Shown: positions 1-10,880 of the stretch, one piece after another
Numbering within the stretch: the first letter of the stretch is position 1
Layout: each line of letters starts with the position of its first letter
Assembly (NCBI GenBank): GCA_008632985.1
Contig: QPGO01000017.1
Coordinates: forward strand, 310,001 to 374,000
DNA length: 64,000 bases
Source of the DNA: Psammoneis japonica
Lineage: Eukaryota
Direction of reading: 5' to 3'
Made by a program: the position numbers and the translations under genes
Notes under the pieces: generated by a model
Seen by the model: only the letters and a program-made list of their open reading frames with translations
What the model was told of the DNA's origin: nothing
Database searches by the model: none

Positions 1-7
1 ATCCACA

Positions 8-1955
8 GAGAAGACAGCAATTGCCCAGTGTTCTCAGCACTCTTCCTCAAGCAAGATGACACCAAGATTCTGCAAGCAAGACACACTTCCAACTCAGATT
101 GTTGAAACATGAAATCAAGTCACTCTGACAGGTGCTTGCACTTGTCTCTTGGTGCCAGAGAAGCTGGGGAGCTCTGACTTTCAACTGGGCTGCATTCTGT
201 GTGTCCTTCAACTGCCAACTGAAGCAGCTTTTGCTGACAGGTGCAATCAAAGGAAAGGTGGTGTGTGCACAATGAATGGATCCTTCAAAGATTCTTGAGC
301 AACAGCAGCAACTCCCTTCCCTTGGCCACCACACTCACAGATGCAAAAGGGGGAGGACCCAAACTCCAAGACAAAAGGTCAACCCAGCACCAGCACTGCA
401 CTGGGGAGAACTTGATGGCATTTTTGGTGCATTGCATCATCCAACCTTTCTGTGCCAATGTTGCCAGATCCAGAAAAGAAAACAGCAAACCTGGGATGCA
501 ATTGTTGTGTGACCCTCCAGGCATCATGATTTCAACAACCCCGCACAAAGAAGCCACACCCTCATCTTGCCAATTCAAACGTTGAACCGGCAAGTCAATG
601 TTGCCAAAAAGAAATCCTGTCAAGCTTCCTGTGTTGCTTGAAACACTTGCCTTGGTGGTCTGTGTGATGGCTGTGGGTTGTGGAAGGCATCAATGTAAAC
701 TGGTGAAGACTTGTGCGACAACATGCACATGCCAACGCCAAACAACAAATCATGCAATCCAAATGATTCACTCCAAAAAGTGAGATGAAATGACAAAGGC
801 AAGAAATTGGTTGATGGCAAAACTGGTCTTGCAATGAGTTGCCCAGCAGTGAGCCACGTCAAAAGTCAAGTGTCTTTTCTCCAACTTGCTGGGGGGGGGG
901 CTTGTGATCTCTGTTTTCTGGGTCTTCTGTGCTGCAGCTCCAACATCAATTGGTGTCATCTGAGCCACTCACCAGCTCATGTTGTCCCTTGAAAGTTCAA
1001 AGGACACAGAGGCAAAAAGAGGCTCTGTTGCATGAGGAACCCTTGGAAGTGCAGCAACAACTCAATGTCAAGATGGATTTTCTGGCAAAGGCATGCCAGA
1101 AATCACCAAATGTGGTGCTGAATGTGGGGCTTTGAATGCTCTGAACAAGAAAAGCACAGCACATTGGCCTTCAAGGTGCAGCTCTGAAGCATCTTAGGGC
1201 CAGTGTGCTGAAAATTCTGTGTGTGGCTGCAGGGTGCTGCTGCACCAACACAGGCAAATTTTCAAACAAGTTGAGCATGAGGGAAAGGTGCAACTGCACT
1301 GCAAACTTGGTCATTCATTGGGATGTTGAAGACAAATGCATTCATTGCCCAGTGCATGAGTTGCAGAGCTTGCACATGGAGCTCTGCAGGCCCATGTCAC
1401 ACAAAATCCCACCACCTGGCTGGGGGCTGGAGTGTGTGCGCAACACTGCAGACATGTTTGGAGAGATGAGGTGCACAGGACTCAGATGGCTGCCAGCCAC
1501 CAGATCTCATTCAGCAATTGCAGAACATTGCAAGAGACACACAGAGATGTTGAACATGTGTTGCTGACTCACCCACCACTCAGAACCTGTGCTTGCAGAG
1601 CAGCACTGTTGGACAATGCAGGAGGAGGTTTTGATTGAAGAGGAAGAAGGGGAGAGTGTGCATGCTCATCAGCACAAGAACCAGCATGCCGCCCATCTTC
1701 ACCATCTCATGAGACAGCATTCCAGATCCTTGGAGCTGGTCCAAGCCACAGATGTTGACTTCAACTGACAATGGCTCAAACAAGCCACATTTGCAGATGA
1801 GCACAAAGGCTGCACTTGGCCAAAATGCGGGTTGGCTGGCAAGCCAACTGTGTGACTGCATGTTGCCAATCTGCCCCAAACAACCAATCGCTCACAGCAT
1901 TGTGGTTGTGCATTTGCTTTGACACTCTGCACCCATCCATGATTGTCAGGACTGT
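8..1955 (+). repeat. Diverged direct repeat, copy A (paralogous to 4860-6605)
   Basis: Collinear blocks: 8-290 ~ 4860-5200; 507-575 ~ 5208-5275; 952-1640 ~ 5302-5995; 1645-1955 ~ 6280-6605. Shared strings include gcaagcaagacacacttccaact and gcattgtggttgtgcatttgctttga. Confidence 0.85.
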
Positions 1956-2399
1956 CAGGCAAGACGAGCCAAGAGGGATTGAAGAATTGAACATTGAGAA
2001 TGTTTTCATTCACCAGCTTTGCATGCCTGTTGTTCATCGTGATGTTTGCCCCATTCACCAGCAATTGTGTCTTCTCTTGCTTGCATTGCCTGACTTAGAT
2101 GGCAGGATGACAAGTGAACATTTGCACCCCGGGGCAGCAAAGCACCCTGCAGCCAATCACCGGGCAGGGTGCCAGACATCACAAAGATGTCAAGCACACA
2201 CATTGGCATCAATGCGCACTTGGCTCCCACCACCCGCCACTGCCTGTTGAGATGATGTGGCACTGACAACTGACAAACACTCATAAAATGAAAGCCACAA
2301 AACTGCTTTTTGTGAACAAGTGCTGTTGTGTCAAATGCAGGACCAACATGAAGTTCAGCAAGGGAGTGATCAAAGCCCTGATGAGGGAAGACTTGATGA

Positions 2400-2600
2400 T
2401 GACAATTTTGCAGAGATGGAGCACATCTTTGGGATGAACAAGCAACAAAGAAACAAAAATTGTTGGCTCCAGCAGCAGATGAAATGGGGCTGCAACAATC
2501 ATGTCAAAATGCTCTGCAACACCAATGAATTCCAGAACTGGCACCACATGAAGGGAGAGACATTCAACGCAAATTGTTCAAGTCAATTGCAGACACATCA
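2400..2600 (+). mobile_element. Degenerate PIF/Harbinger-like transposase N-terminal fragment
   Basis: Reads MKW..NHVKMLCNTNEFQNWHHMKGETFNA, resembling the W..HV..L....F..(R)YRM...F motif recalled for Harbinger transposase N-termini once CA/TG changes are reverted. The DDE core was not seen. Confidence 0.45.
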
Positions 2601-4859
2601 GCTGGAACATTTTTTTAAACAGCATGTTGTGGATTGGGCAACCAGTGACATGCAATGCAACCACTGCTGGTGTGCAGATTGCTCTCAGATGAACTCACTG
2701 TCCAATTGACACGACAATCATTTTAGATGATCTGCACTTGATTTTGACTTTGAGCATTGTTGTGCAGGTGATGCATCTGTGCAGCACACATTCTGATGGA
2801 CTGGTGGAACTGAATCTGCCAGTCTCCAACATGTGTGCTGCGACTGGCATTGCATCTGAGCCATGCTTTCTTGTCTTGAATCTCTTTGAGCTGGCAATTC
2901 AAATCTGTCCACTTCTCTTTTTTGTTTTCGATTTCTTTTTCCATCTCACAGATTTCTGGAAATGCAAACTTGTGCAAGTCAGGTTCATCACGCAAGCCAA
3001 CAGATTTGGTGTCAGGAGGCTTCGGGCAAAACACCACTCTCCTTCACCTTCTGGACCTTCAGAAACTTTTGGCACCACTGTTTGGCCTCTTTCTTGCCAT
3101 TGCTGCACTCAGCAGATGCATCTTTCCACAATTTCCTTTTGTGGGATGTTGGCACAATGATGTTGTCATTGACTTGATTGGAACAAGACTCCACAGCCAT
3201 GCCCAACTTGATTGCATCATTCTTGGAGCTCACAGACTCATTGAAGTCACTCCGTGGCTGCTCCATCCTTGGATGCCTTGTTTGATGCCTTTTGGGCTTC
3301 TTGGCATTGCCACCATTGTTGGCACTCGACTCAGGCGGCAATTTGCCTTTCAAGAATGAAACGAATGCTCAATTTGAGAGCACATGAATTCAGACAGAAC
3401 AATTGTGCTCACCAGCTCACCAGCCAGTTTCTCAAAGATGCCAGGAAACTGAAAAACAAACTTGTGAAAATGCAACAAGCAGTTGTTGTCATCAACAAAG
3501 TCAGCAAAAGGCTTTGTTGACTCCCTGCCTGCTTCATCATCTGGATCTTAAACCTCTCCATGCTTCACAGATGGCTTCCAGTTTTTGAGTGCATGCTTGT
3601 GTTCCTTCACACATGAAGCTGCCTTTGAGCTCAACAATCTTCTTGCATGGAGATTGTTTTGCAAGCTTTCAACCCTTTGGAATGTTGCAACAGGAAGCAA
3701 AGGCACACAGGCTGTCCTCAAGAAAGATGAGGTCCTGTGTTGCAACCCCCTTGACAGACACCAATTTGATGCAAGCCACTGATGCAGAGCTTTAGATTTT
3801 TTGGTGGGGGTTTCTTGATGGGGTTGGCAGCTGCTGCCAACACTTCAACATCTCCTGATGTGGCACCAGGTTGCCGCATTGTCTGCAAAGAGCAGATGAT
3901 GCAACCAAGGTGTTTTTTCAGCTGCAAACTCTGTTTGACTTGTTGAACATGCCAAGGACAAAAATTTGCTCCAATGGCACTCACCAAGAACTTTCAAAAG
4001 GTGTGTTTCAACTCTTGTGAAGAAATGCACTCAACAAGAGGTGGATGAACTCTGTGAAAATGAAGTGCCAGCACATGCCAGGCAAACTTGCTTGTGAAAA
4101 TGAAGTGCCAGTTTGTGCTGTTGTGATGCAACAACTCTGTTGTTCACAGATGGTCAAGACACATTGGCTGCTCCTCTAGGGTGCACCAGCCAAGCTGCTG
4201 CCAACACAAGGCTTGAGTGGCAGGAGGTGATGCCTTTTAGCTCTTTTTGACTGGCTTGAGTTGTCACACACACTGCTGCACTTGCACTGCTGCCTTTGGC
4301 AAGCATCGCAGCCCAGTGCAGTGCCAACACCTCAACCATTGGCACTGCTGCATCAACTGACAAGAAGTGCTGCATGATGAGCAGCTTGTGGGAGGTCTGG
4401 TTGACTTGCTGGAAAGCTCTGGCTTTTGCTCCATTGTTTGCACAAATTTGCTGCACCAACAGGAGGCCTGTCTCTGTCAGAACCACTGCCCAGAAGCACA
4501 GCTCCAGAAGCAAAAGGGGTGCACTGCCTGCAAAATGTGGCTTCAGAAGGAACCAGGAATTTCTCCTGTCTCACAACCTCAGGCAAGGTTGTTGTCATGG
4601 TTGACAACAGTGCAGGCACCATGATTCATTGTGGCTCAGCAACTGTTTCTTGTTTCTGAGGCCATTGTTGTGGATCAAAGCCCACTTGAAGACAGTCTCT
4701 TGGGTTTTCCTTCAGACTGGGGAGAAATGCAGTTGCATCAAATTGCTTGAGACCTTCCTGCCAGACATTCAACAAAGACTGAACTTTCAAGGCTTTGCAA
4801 GTGTTTGGTCAAAGCCAAAGTGCTTTGTCAGTCAGCATTGACAAGACTTCTAATCTTGT

Positions 4860-6605
4860 GAGAAGGCAGCAATTGTCAAGTGTTCTCAGCGCTCCTTTTC
4901 AAGCAACAACTCAGCACTCCTTTTCAAGCAAGAAAGAGAGAAAAGCAACTCAATTGCTGCACAAGCAGCACGCCATGATTTTGCAAGCAAGACACACTTC
5001 CAACTTAAATTGTTAAAACAAGAAATCAGGTTGCACTCTGCTGACTTGTGGCTGCTTGCACTTGTCTCCCACCAGAGGAGCTGAAAACATTTGACTTCAA
5101 TGCAGCTGCATTTTGTGTGACCTTCAATCATGACCAACTGAAGCAGCTGTTGCTGACAGGTGCAAGTGTGGGAAAGGTGCTGTGTGCACAATGGACAGTT
5201 CTCTCAAGGTGTGACCCTCAAGACATTGTCATTTCAATGACCCTGTGCAAAAGAGCCACATCCTCATCTTGCCCCCCCCCTCCCCCTCCCTCTTCAATGA
5301 GTGTCATCTGAGCCACCAGCTGCTGTCTTCCCTTGAGAGTTTAAAGGACACAGAGACAAGAAGAGATTCCATGGCATGAGGGAAGCTGTTGGAGAAATGC
5401 AACAACTCAATGTGTCAAGATGGTTTTTCTGGCAAAAGTGTGCAGGAAATCACCAAATGCAGGGCTGAATGTGTGGTGCTTTGAATGCTCAGAGCACAAG
5501 AGCAACATGGCTTGTCATCTGCCTTCAAGGTGCAGCTCTCAAGCATCTGGGGGCCAAAATGCTGAAGCTCATGTGAGGTGTGCCAACACAGGCAGACACA
5601 TTGTCAAAAAAGTTGAGCATGAGAATGAGGTGCAAATGTGCTGCAAACTTGGTCATGCACTTGGATGTTGAAGAAGACAAATGCACTCATCATCCAGTGC
5701 ATGAGCTGCAGAACTTTGACATGAAATTCTGTGGGCCCATGTGACACAGAGCCCTGCCTGGCCAGGGCTGGAGCAGTGTGCCAGACATGCAGGGACAGAG
5801 CAAGGAAGGAGCAGGTGTGCAGGAAGGATGCAGATGTGGCTGCCAGCTGCGAGGGGCTTCATTCAGCAATTGTTGTGGAACATTGCAAGGGACATGCAGA
5901 GATGTTGAAAATGTTTTGCTGACTCACCCACCTCTCAGAACCTGTGCTTGCAGAGAATTGTTGTCTGGATGATGCTGGGAGGCAGGATTTTTGACAGGAT
6001 TTGAACAAGATTTTAGTTTGTCACACACAATTGTGTGTGCTCTTGGTTCCACGCGCGCCGCGCAATGCAGTTTGCTTTCAAGCCGCTCGGCTCACAAGAA
6101 CAATGACAGCAGCACCGACATCATGACGCCAGTCTTTCGGCTCCTGCAATGGTCTCTGCATGGAGATTCATCTGCCATTTAGACAGCAGCAAGGAGTTGT
6201 TGTTTTCTTCCACCCAGTCATCTTCAATTTCTGTCAATTTCTGTCAATTTTGACAATTTTGACTCAAGAAGAGGAAAAGAAGGAGAGAGTGTGTTCTTGT
6301 GAACCCGCCCCATCAGGGAGCATTGACCAGCATGCCGCTCGTGTCTCTGCCATCTCATGAGATGGCACCCCAGATCCTTGGAACTGGCGCAAGAAGCTCC
6401 AGATGTTGATTTCATGTGACAATGGTTCAAAGCACACAGCATCTGCAGCACAAAGGCTGAACTTGGCGAAAATGCGGGTTGGCTGGAAAGCCAGCTGTGT
6501 GGCCACCTGTGTTGCTGAGCCTTCCAAGCCCCATACAGCAGATCTCTTTCCGCATTGTGGTTGTGCATTTGCTTTGATGCTCTGCACCCATCCATGATTG
6601 TTGGG
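4860..6605 (+). repeat. Diverged direct repeat, copy B (paralogous to 8-1955)
   Basis: Same collinear blocks as copy A; differences are frequently CA<->TG, TA<->CA/TG and CG<->CA/TG. Confidence 0.85.
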
Positions 6606-6869
6606 TTAAGGCCTGACTGAACCCAGATGATAGAGCAGGCGGCAGCTCTGATGAGGAGTCTGGCGGGCGCGTGCACGCTGTGCATGACACTTGCCCGACG
6701 CGACTACAAGTGCAGTATTTATTTGGGAGGTTGCGGGTTGCGGACCTCTCCAGAGCACACAGCACTCTGAAAAGACAGAAGACGGAAGGGGAAGAAGCGT
6801 CGGCATTAAGCAACTGGAGGTATTGCATTCCTCAAATACTAGTATGACTGTTTTTCTATTCCCAAGTCA

Positions 6870-7321
6870 GCTTCTTCACAGAACAACGGAAGCAAAATGG
6901 TTCCCACCGCAGACCGACGAATTTGAATCAAGGTGAGCGCGATAGTTGCTGAAAAATGATCCTTTGTTTTCATCATTGCAATGCTGACACTGGAGATACT
7001 CCCCCGAAATTGCCTTTGTCAAGTCTGGATGCACTCGAACGAGAAGAAGAGGCGTATGCAATGCGAATGCGTCGGATTGCACAAGCTTCTGCCCCCGACC
7101 CCATTGGTTTGGCATCCGCGAATAATGCCGGTGGATCACGTGGAGCAAATCAAGATGGTATCGACTCCACGGAACATTCGGTCGACGCTGCTACTCCCGT
7201 GAGTCTCCGACGGTTGTTATGGCATCAACGGCGTATGCAGAGCAATGAAAGTTCAGATGACGCAGACATTTCGAGCGAGACTGCCAGCAGAAGCCAACAA
7301 GAGTCACGTCGCTCGAGTTGA
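6870..7321 (+). CDS. Possible 3' exon(s) of an unknown gene abutting the mutated tract
   Basis: Open frame DTPPKLPLSSLDALEREEEAYAMRMRR...RRSS* preceded by a plausible gtgagc...ggag intron (6933-6995). No intact start identified. Confidence 0.3.
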
Positions 7322-8011
7322 GAACTTGAATAGTGTAGGCGTACTGTGTGCTTTGACTCGATTAATTTTTCTCAATTCCCAAGGCCTATGTACATACAAG
7401 TGCGGCCATCTCAATCGGTTCTTTTACTGTACTGTATGAGGAAGATCTGACTTGTTCTGAAGCAAACTGAAAACATTCTGTTTCTAATGTTGTACTGGCT
7501 GGAAGTTCAAAACATCCGACAAAGAAACAACTTTACAATGATAGACTGGTTATTTCTATAGTGTCGAATCTTTGGCTGACCGGAAATCCCAAGAAGAAAC
7601 ATTGTCTCTAGAGAGTATATTCATTGAAAAGGCCGTCCACTAAAGGCCGGATTTTGTTGGGAGGTACACGTAGTCCTTCCTAGCTCTTTTTTACTGCTAG
7701 TTGAAGCATTGCTAATTGAACGAGAAACATTTCACCAGTGCCGACTTTTTTAATTCCTGCAACATGAGATCAAAAATGGTAGGATTGTGCACAGCGAACG
7801 CAAGTAGGAACTAGGGAGGAATGCTCTAAAAAGAGCTTGTTCCGGTAGACTACAGAACGCAGTCTTAAGTCCCTACCACGAAAGCATCCCCGAGGTTCAG
7901 CTGTATCTGAAGCACCAACCAATTTACAGAGGTAAATACTGTGGTGCATTCACGAGGTAAGACTGAGCAACAGTGAGAAAGACGTTTCATCGTGATGTTT
8001 CATTATAGAGT

Positions 8012-8452
8012 TTAAGCACTGAGCAAGCAAGCGCCACCGGCTTCCTTAATCTTCTTTTCAGCCAACTTGGAGAAGTATTTGGCTTTGACAATAACAGGAA
8101 CATTGATTTGTCCATTTCCCAAAAGCTTGAAGTATCCGAGCGAAGTCAAGTCAATAACCGGAGCCTTTCCTCCTCCGTTCTTGGCAGCTTCGTAGACACC
8201 ATCACCGGCGGCATTGAATAGCTTGTCGATATTGAGAGTCGGGGTGTATTTTCTGTTTTTCAAGACATGAAAGTGGCGCATACCGACCTTACCAAAGTAA
8301 CCAGGGTGGTATTTATCCATGAGGATGCGGTGGTGGTGCTGTCCACCTGCATTACCGCGACCACCGGGATGCTTGCGGTGCTTCCCGACACGGCCATGAC
8401 CGCAGGAGACGTGGCCTCTCTTGTTCCTTGACTTGTGCAAACGGGTCGGCAT
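8012..8452 (-). CDS. RPL27A: 60S ribosomal protein L27a (uL15)
   Basis: [43 protein letters not shown]...[15 protein letters not shown]; 146 aa. Probable 5'-UTR intron at ~8464-8704 (gtaagc...tttcag). Confidence 0.97.
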   Translation of the reverse strand: MPTRLHKSRNKRGHVSCGHGRVGKHRKHPGGRGNAGGQHHHRILMDKYHPGYFGKVGMRHFHVLKNRKYTPTLNIDKLFNAAGDGVYEAAKNGGGKAPVIDLTSLGYFKLLGNGQINVPVIVKAKYFSKLAEKKIKEAGGACLLSA

Positions 8453-9287
8453 TATGAAATAGTCTGAAAGGAACAACACAAATTGAAAACAACAAAGTGA
8501 GCACATTGCAAAAGAAACAACATGATCGTTACGGACAGACCGCGCAACATGAGACACCGCATGTATCGGCAGCCCTTTTGTCAATCATCCGTTTTTTCTG
8601 CAAGACGACGACTCTGAAGAGAGCATACATCAAAAGAGAGTCTCAACTACGATATTGTGTAAACTTGCGCCATTCTGCCGTCGCTTGACATCGCCATGGC
8701 TTACCTACCGCTAAACAGACAATACGGAGCTCACTGCTCACCGGTCACCGGCGTCGCGCTCACAAAACCAAGTAACCGGTAGCCGGTATGACGCTCCTTC
8801 CATCGTCCGTCGTCCCATGTCTTCCGTCCGTCGTCCAATCCACCGCTCCAACGCGTGTCAAAATACGTCAGAGAGGTCATCGCGGATTTGAAATCTATGT
8901 CCATTGTACGAAATTAATACAGGGATTCTATATTGGACAAAAAATAACCGCCATTCTAGTCGCGAGATGACTACGACTCCTTGTACGAAGAGTCACACAC
9001 GTTGAATTCTACGCAACCAACGGTATTGAAACATTCAAATCTATAGCTATGATGAAAATAGATGTGAGTCGAGGAGTTCGCGCCATGAGTCGCCTCCTAG
9101 TATTCGGAATTCGTAGAACGTACGTGGTTGCAAAGAAAGCTTTGGAAAAAGCTGCGTCCTCGGCGGCTGCAAGCTGTCATCGGCCGCAAACCCCAGCGCA
9201 AAGTTATCGCAAACAAAGAGCCTTCTTGTCGTCAACCAACACGGCAACACGCATCGAGCGACCACAAGTACCTTATTGACAACAACC

Positions 9288-10615
9288 ATGACCACGGCAA
9301 AGCTAGAACCAAAGATGGAGTCGACGGAGAAAGAGTCTTCTCTCTCCAAAGACATTCATCCCGATTGCCCGATCTTCCTACGGAGTGAGTCGAGCGATTC
9401 GATCCTGCTCGTGCTTTGTGTGTATCGGTTCGTGCCACACGCAATGTTGTGTGATCTAACCATGGCGTTTCTCCTTGTTATTATTGTTGCTCTACAGAGG
9501 CATACCACATGATTGACACGTGTGACCCCAGTATTGCGTGCTGGAGCGAAGACGGCAAAACGTTCATCGTGAAAGACACGAGCGTGTTTGAGAAAAAGAT
9601 CATCCCTCAGTTTTTCAAGCACTCCAAGTTTTCCTCCTTTGTAAGGCAACTCAACTTTTATTCCTTCCGCAAGATCAAGTATGCGGACACAATCAGGATT
9701 GATGCCAAGCTGGAGGCGGAGACGGCGAACTTTTGGAGGTTTCATCACGAGAAGTTTCAGCGTGACAAACCGGAGCTCTTGATTGGAATCAAGCGATCCA
9801 GTGGTCCTCAAAAGCAAGGAGCGACCACTGCGGCTGTTGCGACGCACAAGCAAGAAGACGTGGGGTCGCTCAAGACTGAGGTGTCAACCCTCAAGGAGAG
9901 AATTGAGCTTATGAACAAAAATATCGATGCGCTTACCACACTCGTCTCCAAGGTATCGCTCAAGCAGGAGCAGAGCGAGAAGGCAGAGCAAGTAGAGGCA
10001 GGAAACAAGCGCAAGAAGGTTGATACTGTTGTTGACAGCCAACTTCTACCGGTTCCAGACGATATCGGTAGCATTCACTTGGATGGGGACTTTGCTACCA
10101 TGTCGCCACCACATGGGATGAAGCGAGCAACCTCGGATACAAGCTCTACGTCTCAGATTAGCGACGACGCTTTTGTGGATGGGCTTTACACGGCGTTTGA
10201 AAATGATGTTGACATGACTTTGCTAGATGAAGATTCATCTGCTATCGAACCTGTCGTCTCCAATACAGCCTTGACAGATAGCAACCGGCCTGACCCAGAA
10301 CTGATGAACAAACTCTCCGACGCTCTCACGCTCGTACCAAAAGACATTCAAGTCCTGATTGTTGATCGATTAGTCACAGCAATCACAAGCTCGGATTCTC
10401 TGGCCAAGTCCCTGGAGACCGCATCGACTACGGATTCCTCAAGCACGTCTAACGTCGTGGAGAACGCTGACAGCGCGGAACAAACGGCACTCCCCGCTCA
10501 AGTGTCCTTGCCTGTGGCGGCTGCGGCGCTCGCTGCCATGATCTCGAGCTGCAGCTCGAATCTCAAGGACAAGGCCCATCTCCAAAAGAGTTTGCCCATC
10601 ATTCCGATTCACTAG
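9288..10615 (+). CDS. HSF: Heat shock transcription factor (HSF DNA-binding domain + coiled coil); intron 9385-9497
   Basis: Spliced PIFLRK-AYHMIDTCDPSIACWSEDGKTFIVKD...PQFFKHSKFSSFVRQLNFYSFRK, followed by a heptad region. Confidence 0.93.
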
Positions 10616-10880
10616 GCAATCATTTCAGCAATATATGCGCGCAAGTACAGCAAATCGAGCAAATTTTTTGTATTACACGTTGTGTATGGATGGGGACGAC
10701 CATGCCGCGTATCGAGCTTTTGGTGTTGGCACAATGATCTTACGGCATCCTTGGCCTCGATCGAGGATGTCGAAAGCGGTCTGTATGGTTAGGATAACTT
10801 TTATTTTACGTAAGCAGTTTTAGATACAATTTGATTCATTTCTACCAGTATTGCTTTATGCTTTATTATTACAGCTCTAG

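Larger units (their letters stand above)
1..6530. other. TpA- and CpG-depleted, CpA/TpG-rich hypermutated tract (decayed repeats/transposon remnants)
   Basis: About 16 TpA counted by eye in ~6.5 kb, where several hundred are expected. CpG is sparse until ~6050. ORF translations are rich in Cys/His/Gln/Trp and nearly lack Tyr. Confidence 0.9.

Noticed and set aside
5420..5940. Kinase-like words (IVVEHCKG, RDVENVLL) in the mutated repeat
   Set aside because: Motifs lie in different frames with the wrong spacing; identity cannot be supported by eye.
1..6530. Classical fungal RIP or simple CpG methylation decay as the full explanation
   Set aside because: RIP raises TpA and AT content, and CpG decay does not remove TpA; neither accounts for near-zero TpA.
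1..6600. Dense overlapping 60-150 aa ORFs on both strands (also 60900-62800)
   Set aside because: By-product of TpA loss removing TAA/TAG stops; the Cys/His/Gln-rich, Tyr-poor translations reflect CA/TG excess, not real proteins.
8453..8584. 44-aa N-terminal extension of RPL27A in the ORF track
   Set aside because: It runs through intron sequence with a polypyrimidine tract and tttcag acceptor; the conserved start is at 8452.
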